Positions 58,641-64,000 of a stretch of 64,000 nt of DNA are shown here, one piece after another. The DNA lies in the NCBI GenBank assembly GCA_013265495.1, contig MU061989.1, forward strand, positions 2,050,384 through 2,114,383, written 5' to 3'. Position numbers and translations under genes: made by a program. Every line of letters starts with the position of its first letter. The first letter of the stretch is position 1. The notes under the pieces were generated by a model that worked only from the letters and a program-made list of their open reading frames with translations, was not told the origin of the DNA and did no database searches. Source of the stretch: Vicugna vicugna (lineage: Eukaryota).

Positions 58641-59939
58641 CATAATTATCGTGATGGTTATCATTGGGGTGATCACCCTGTGGAACTCTCCTGGCTAAGA
58701 AATCCCCCAGGACAGTGCAAAGGCCAATACCGGTGGGGGTGTGGGGTGAAACACAAACATCCCAAATGCCCCAGGAACACCAGGTTGCCACAACTGTTCC
58801 AAGACCCATTTAAGCTGCCTCTCCCCAAGACAAGAAGATCATCACACTCTCCTTCATGGCAAGAGTGGCTTCCAGCTGGCAGTCATAGCTCCTCTATTAA
58901 CAAGATTTGGCAAAGGACGCGTCCCGTCTAGGTGCCAGTAGGTGTGTTGGATGCCTCGGGCAGATGGCTGGGTGGGGATGAGCCTTCCCACCACACCCCT
59001 CTCCCACCAAGACATCAAGCTGGGGAGGGCACCCAGGTGTTCCACAGGCACCACCCATAGGAAATTTCCTCCTCACCACGGAATGACCACTTGCCTGGAT
59101 CATGTTCTCTGAGCCCCCAGAGACACCTGGGTCCCTCTCCTACTTCTGGGGGGGTGGGCCTGGGTGAGCTATCACTTATCCATTACCTCTGGTCCAGGCA
59201 GGAGGTGCTGGGGCAGGGAAGAGAGACTCTGGTGAAATCTACAAGGACAGAGGCCAAGGCTTTTCCACTTCTGCATGCAGTGGGGCACACAGTGGGCTGT
59301 TCAGGCAGATGCTTGTGGGATGGGGGATTAAGGAGAAACCTTTTTTCTGGTAGAGGAGGTTTCAGCCTCTGGACATTGCCTCCCAGGACTTCTTTCACTA
59401 GTTCCAAGGAGCAGCCCCTCTAAGGGACCTGGATGGTACCTGCTGGCACCTAAATCCAAGCCAGTCCTTCCCATTGTCCCTACATACCTCCTTATTCCCA
59501 ATAGTCAAGCTCACTGATACAGCAAGACCCTAAACTTCTACCCAATGGCCCTTTCTAAATTGCCCAGGTTCCCAGTCTGGTTCCCTCAGAGGGAGGAACA
59601 AAGAGAAAGCAGGATGCCAGAACTAAGGGCTTATCCAGGGGCCCCGCATGCCTGGGAGGTTCTTTCCGGAGCTCGGGGGAAATATACCAGACCCTGATCT
59701 TGGCCAATGTTCGGCGGAGGCTGGTCCCAGGACTCCGCACTGGGCTTCTTACTTCCAGCTTTTGGCAGGGGCTCAGCTTCTGCTGGCATCAGTGCCAGCA
59801 AGCATGACGAGGCCTGGAGGTTTAATATAAATAGCCTACTGCTGCCCATTAGCTCCTCCTTCCCCTTGGCTTTGGCTCCAAACCTCCCACCTCCACCCCA
59901 GAGTAAACCTGCAAGTGGGGGTCCAGCAGGGCTCCACCT

Positions 59940-60120
59940 GCCACCTTACTAGCTGCGCGGCCTTGGCAAGTAAATCAACCTCTCCAGCTCAGGTCTTTCA
60001 ATTGTGAAGTGGAACAAACGCACCTAATTCCAGGCTTGTTGTGGGGCTTGAGTTAATCAGTGTACAGACAGCTTTTAGCACAGTGCCTGGCACATGGAGA
60101 ATGTTTCATATTTGCTAGTG
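59940..60120 (+). mobile_element. MIR
   Basis: cttggcaagtaaatcaacctctc...gcacagtgcctggcacat. Confidence 0.7.
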
Positions 60121-60829
60121 TTGTTCACAGTGATGACTGGGAGACCTAGGACAGATCAGCAGAGGGTGCAGAGGGTGCAGTCAGGCAGGGGGTGTGGAGG
60201 AGAGGACTTGGCAGTGAAAACCAGCTGCGTTTCACCCCAGTTCTTGGATGAGAAGTGTTACGCTTACTGCCTGCATCTGTTCCACCCCCTTCAGTGGAGC
60301 CATTTGGACGCTTCCCACACACTCAAGGAGGGTAGCCTGGCCACGTAGCATGCCAGCCTGGGAGTCTGAGATTCAGGCTCTGCTACCAACATGCTGTGTG
60401 ATGCTGGCAACTCATTGCCCTTTCTGAAGTAACTTCCCCATCTGCAGAGGCCTCTTGCAGTCCTGACCTCTTATGAAATTAAATTGTCTCTCATGGTCCG
60501 AACCTCACAGTGGGGATCCCACCAGAGCCCATCCCCCGAGACAGACAGAGCTGGGCTCTCGTGGTTGGGACAGAGCCCAAGATGCAAAGGTAAGGCATCC
60601 AGCCCCAGCCCCAGCTCCAAAGCCTCAGGTATCAATCCTGGGGTGACCAGAGCTAAACGCAGGTGACAGTACTGCCCTTCACCTCTGGCCCAGCTAGCAA
60701 AGGAATTCACATTCTTTTGAAAATTATCACATAAGTGGGTTTCTTGACAAAAAATGTGTATTGAATGAATGAATAAATGAATAAGAGAAACAATGCAGAG
60801 TACTAGACAAAACAGGGGCTCTTGCTTCA

Positions 60830-61040
60830 TTCAGATCAAGATCTGATCCTAACTTGGCCTCTTTTAGCTGCGTGGACTTGGGCAAACCTCTTTACTTCTC
60901 TGAAGCTCGGCTTCACCATATATTAAAGGGGGATAACACTCCATATGCCATGAGATGGCTGCGAGGTTAAGTGAGACAGCACGTGTAAATGCTTAGTACA
61001 TGGCACGTAGTAGGTACTCAACAAATGGCGGCTATTATGA
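60830..61040 (+). mobile_element. MIR
   Basis: gacttgggcaaacctc...tggcacgtagtaggtactcaacaaatg. Confidence 0.7.
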
Positions 61041-63854
61041 TCAGGATTGTCATTACAAGCCAGCCACTCCCACTGTGAGGCAGAGGAACCAAGGCCATCA
61101 GCCTTTTCTGGTGCCCATTTCCAAAGAGCTCTGACTACCACACAGACACATTAATCGCAGTCCTCCCACCCCTGTACCTTCCAGCTGGTGAAGAGCAGGA
61201 GCGGCCGTCTGGTCTCCCCATGGCCAGGCAGGGAGTGAGCGCACTAAGGGAGGTTCTGCCACCTTCCCTGGACCAGTCCTGGCAGCAGCCATGCCTCCAG
61301 CCTTTGTCGAGCAGCTGGAGCGTGAGCCACACTGTCTGCCCGTGAAATGCGACTTTTGGAAAACATGCATGTTTGTGAGCTGGTGCATGTTTCTATTTCA
61401 GGCCAACACTGCCCTCTTTATTTATTTTCCCTGGGCTTTGCGTTTGGAACCCAGCTTGGAAGGGTGTTTTGACAGACTTTGACACCGCTCTGGCTCCTCT
61501 GGCAGGATACATGCTCAGAGGAGGAAGAGGGAGGGCAGGAGGAGGAGAATTTCAATTGACACACCCTCTTCCTCAGCTAGAAGCGACAGATGGTCAGACA
61601 CCCCTGCCTCACTGTCCCAGCCCTCAGTTTCTCCATATTTTGGTGGGGGAAGAGTATAAGAGGTTCAGGTAGAAAATCATTTCAAAGAGGAGGAAGGGAA
61701 CCAAAGAGGCCAGTCTCACTAAGTTTCCAATCACAACAATGCTAGAACCATTATCAACACCTCTAATGTTATTATCAACCACTGCCACCACTGCCATCAC
61801 CAATCTGGGGTGCCTATTTTTATGACTGACAGTGGGCTGGTTGATTGCCCTTAGGGGAACCATCTCATCCTTCAGAATCTTGCTTTGCTCATCTGTAAAG
61901 GTGATTTTTGCAGTACCCAGCTCATGGGGCTGTGAGAAGTGGTTGCTCAGCCAAATGGTAGTGATGATGATCTTCCTTCCTATTCTCAGATCCTGGGCAA
62001 TTGCCCATGGACAGCCTACATGGTAGAGTCTTAAGGACTTGGAGCTGATTACCAAACCTCTACCCACCAGGCAGGGCTAAAGCTAAAGCTAGTCCATTCT
62101 CAGTGGTCATTTACAACCAGCCCAGAGTCTGCCTTAAGGGAGGAAGGGTCTTAACTCAGAGAACGCCTTCTGCCTTTGAATGAGCAGGCTAACGGAAGGG
62201 GAAATAAAGAGACAAGGGAAACAAGTCTAAACTATCAGAAAAAAACAGGCTTAAACCGTAATTCCCAGATTCTGAGGATCAAGAGACCCAGGTTTTAGTC
62301 TGGATTCATCTATTCATTCATCCATTCATTCGTTCATTCATTTATTCACCAGCAGAACCAGTGGTTCATGCAGAGGATTTACTGACAGAATCAGTGCCTG
62401 CCCCAAGGGAGATGGCACTTCAGTGGTGTGACCTCAAGAAAATTACTTGACATCTCTGGTCTTATAAAGGAAATCATCTGAACATTCATCACTCAGGGGA
62501 CAGGATGGCTTTACCAGGGATGAGTGCTCTGAGGAAGGGATACCATAAGCTCTGGGGTTTGAATTACAATTTTCAACCCCACCCACACTCAAGAGACTCT
62601 GGGGAAAGTCAATATCCTAGATTATTATGGCTAAACAGGGACCCTTGAAAGTCACCTCAACCAGTCCTGTCCTTGTGTAGATGGGGGAGCCCAAAGCTCA
62701 GAGAAGACAATTAGGGAGTCTGTGGCTGAGCTAAGATAGGACCAGAGTCCCCCCACTTCCACTCCAGTGCTCCTCCCACCACATCACTCTGTGACTTTTC
62801 CTCTTTCAACGTGGTCTCTGGCTTTTAAGGGCAATAGCAGGAGAGGCGTTGAAGGGCATGGGTAACAAATTCTTCAAAATCCCCAAGGGATGGGGGCTTG
62901 CTGAAATTCCAGGACTGAAGAATCTTGGGCCCTTGGAGAGACTGTGAAGGATCTGGGGCATCTGGCTCTGAAGATTTTCCCGGGGAGGGGGCAGAAGCTC
63001 CCCATGGTGAGGGGGACCAGACTTCCATAGAGAGAGGTATGGGAGCTTGGAGTCTGCTGGGAGTCAGCTTCCCTTAAGGGTCAGCTATTCCTGCATTGGA
63101 GCAAAGACCAACTGGATTAGACCCAGGCTGCAGGAAACTTGGGTAGAGAGTGAAGGCAGCTGGGAAAGAGGAACTGGGAAAGACAAAGGGGATGGGGGGG
63201 AGATAAACGTGGGGGAGGGGAACACAGCAGGGAAACAAAGAGACAGAAAGTGCAAGCAAAGGATGATGCAGAGACATGGGTGTGGACCTTGGCTGTAGGA
63301 GGTTTGTCTGTAGTAAGGAGGGGGAGTAAGCATGAGGGTGGTGAGCTGAGGTCAAAATGGACTCTGAGCCTAATACCAAGATTCTGTCAGGCTGGGCTTC
63401 TGCCCGCAGCTTCCACTGGGCCAGGCTACTCCCTCCATTTGGCAGATCCCCTGGTTCCTGACGAAGTCTGCATTGGGATAGGGGGAGGGTTTGCTTGGTG
63501 GCCCGATGCTTCCCCCAAAGAATGTGTGTGCGTGAGCGTGGGGCCTGAGTCTGCGCAAGAGAGCCTGAGCGACTCTGTGAGTCACTGGGCATCCCTGTGA
63601 GCACCAAGAGGTGAGCTGTGGAGCCTGAGGCTTAGTCAGATGTCCGGAGACAGCAGTGAAGATATTGCCCGGCTTGCTGGTGCTTGTGGGTAGATGTGTG
63701 TTTGTCCATGTGCGCGTGGATCTTCCCTCTGGGTACGGATGGTGTGGAATGTGGGTGGTTGTATATTGCGTGAGTGGACTGTGAATCTGTGTGGGGCTTG
63801 TTTGCAGGTCTGTGTTTTGCGGTGTGAGTGTGCGCATGGAATGTGGGTCTGTGT

Positions 63855-64000
63855 GTGCCTCGGTCCGTGGGCGCGCGCGGGGGTTGAGTCTCCAAGGCCG
63901 CCTCGAGGCGCTGTCCGCGGTACTGGCCCCTGGCATGGTTGGGCGGGAACCGGCGCCCAGTCTCAGGAGGAACCTCGAGAAGCTCGGGCCAACTGTGGAG
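63855..64000. promoter_or_regulatory. Edge of CpG island; DISP3 exon 1/promoter probably just beyond the window
   Basis: About 16 CpGs in 140 bp incl. GCGCGCGCG. Exon 2 has an acceptor right before the ATG so an upstream exon is needed; no matching donor seen within the window. Confidence 0.65.
63907..63927 (-). promoter_or_regulatory. RE1/NRSE (REST) site
   Basis: Minus strand GCCAGTACCGCGGACAGCGCC vs consensus TTCAGCACCACGGACAGCGCC, 17/21 with intact cores. Confidence 0.75.

Noticed and set aside
61350-61375. 14-bp palindrome AAACATGCATGTTT (RBFOX/p53-like)
   Set aside because: Single short palindrome far from exons; fails the p53 two-decamer rule.
63370-63936. 188-aa and 177-aa minus-strand ORFs near the window end as DISP3 exon 1
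   Set aside because: Thr/His/Pro-biased products of TG-rich sequence; DISP3 translation starts in exon 2 with a strong Kozak context.
1-64000. CRISPR arrays, operons, rRNA, snoRNA or processed pseudogenes
   Set aside because: None recognised; the window is an ordinary mammalian gene locus.

Overview
Mammalian genomic DNA from a draft assembly with six N-gaps, most likely a camelid (three tRNA-Ala(AGC)-derived SINEs of the Vic-1 type; no Bov-tA, PRE-1 or Alu-like SINEs noticed). It holds the complete coding span of DISP3 (PTCHD2; dispatched/patched-type RND, sterol-sensing-domain protein) on the minus strand: 20 coding exons from ATG 45452 to TAG 16272. The predicted CDS is 4182 nt / 1393 aa if exon 13, partly hidden in a gap, has the 185 nt I recall for human. 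All visible splice sites keep frame, and one donor (intron 18) is GC. An ATTAAA polyA signal lies at 15525-15530. The non-coding exon 1 probably lies just beyond the right edge, where a CpG island begins. The rest is intron or 3' flank with L1, L2, MIR, MLT1/MLT2, MER5 and SINE remnants. A 730-bp duplicate at 51.4-53.1 kb is probably an assembly artefact. I found no unexplained coding system. The best leads are regulatory or protein-motif level: REST/RE1 sites at both ends of the gene, NF-Y/Sp1 promoter-like motifs inside coding exon 2, an inverted ZBTB18-consensus pair, a tandem octamer, CTCF motifs, twin acidic-dileucine signals and a cluster of furin-type sites. Motif calls were made by eye. 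Comparisons to human DISP3 come from memory, and repeat subfamily names and boundaries are approximate.
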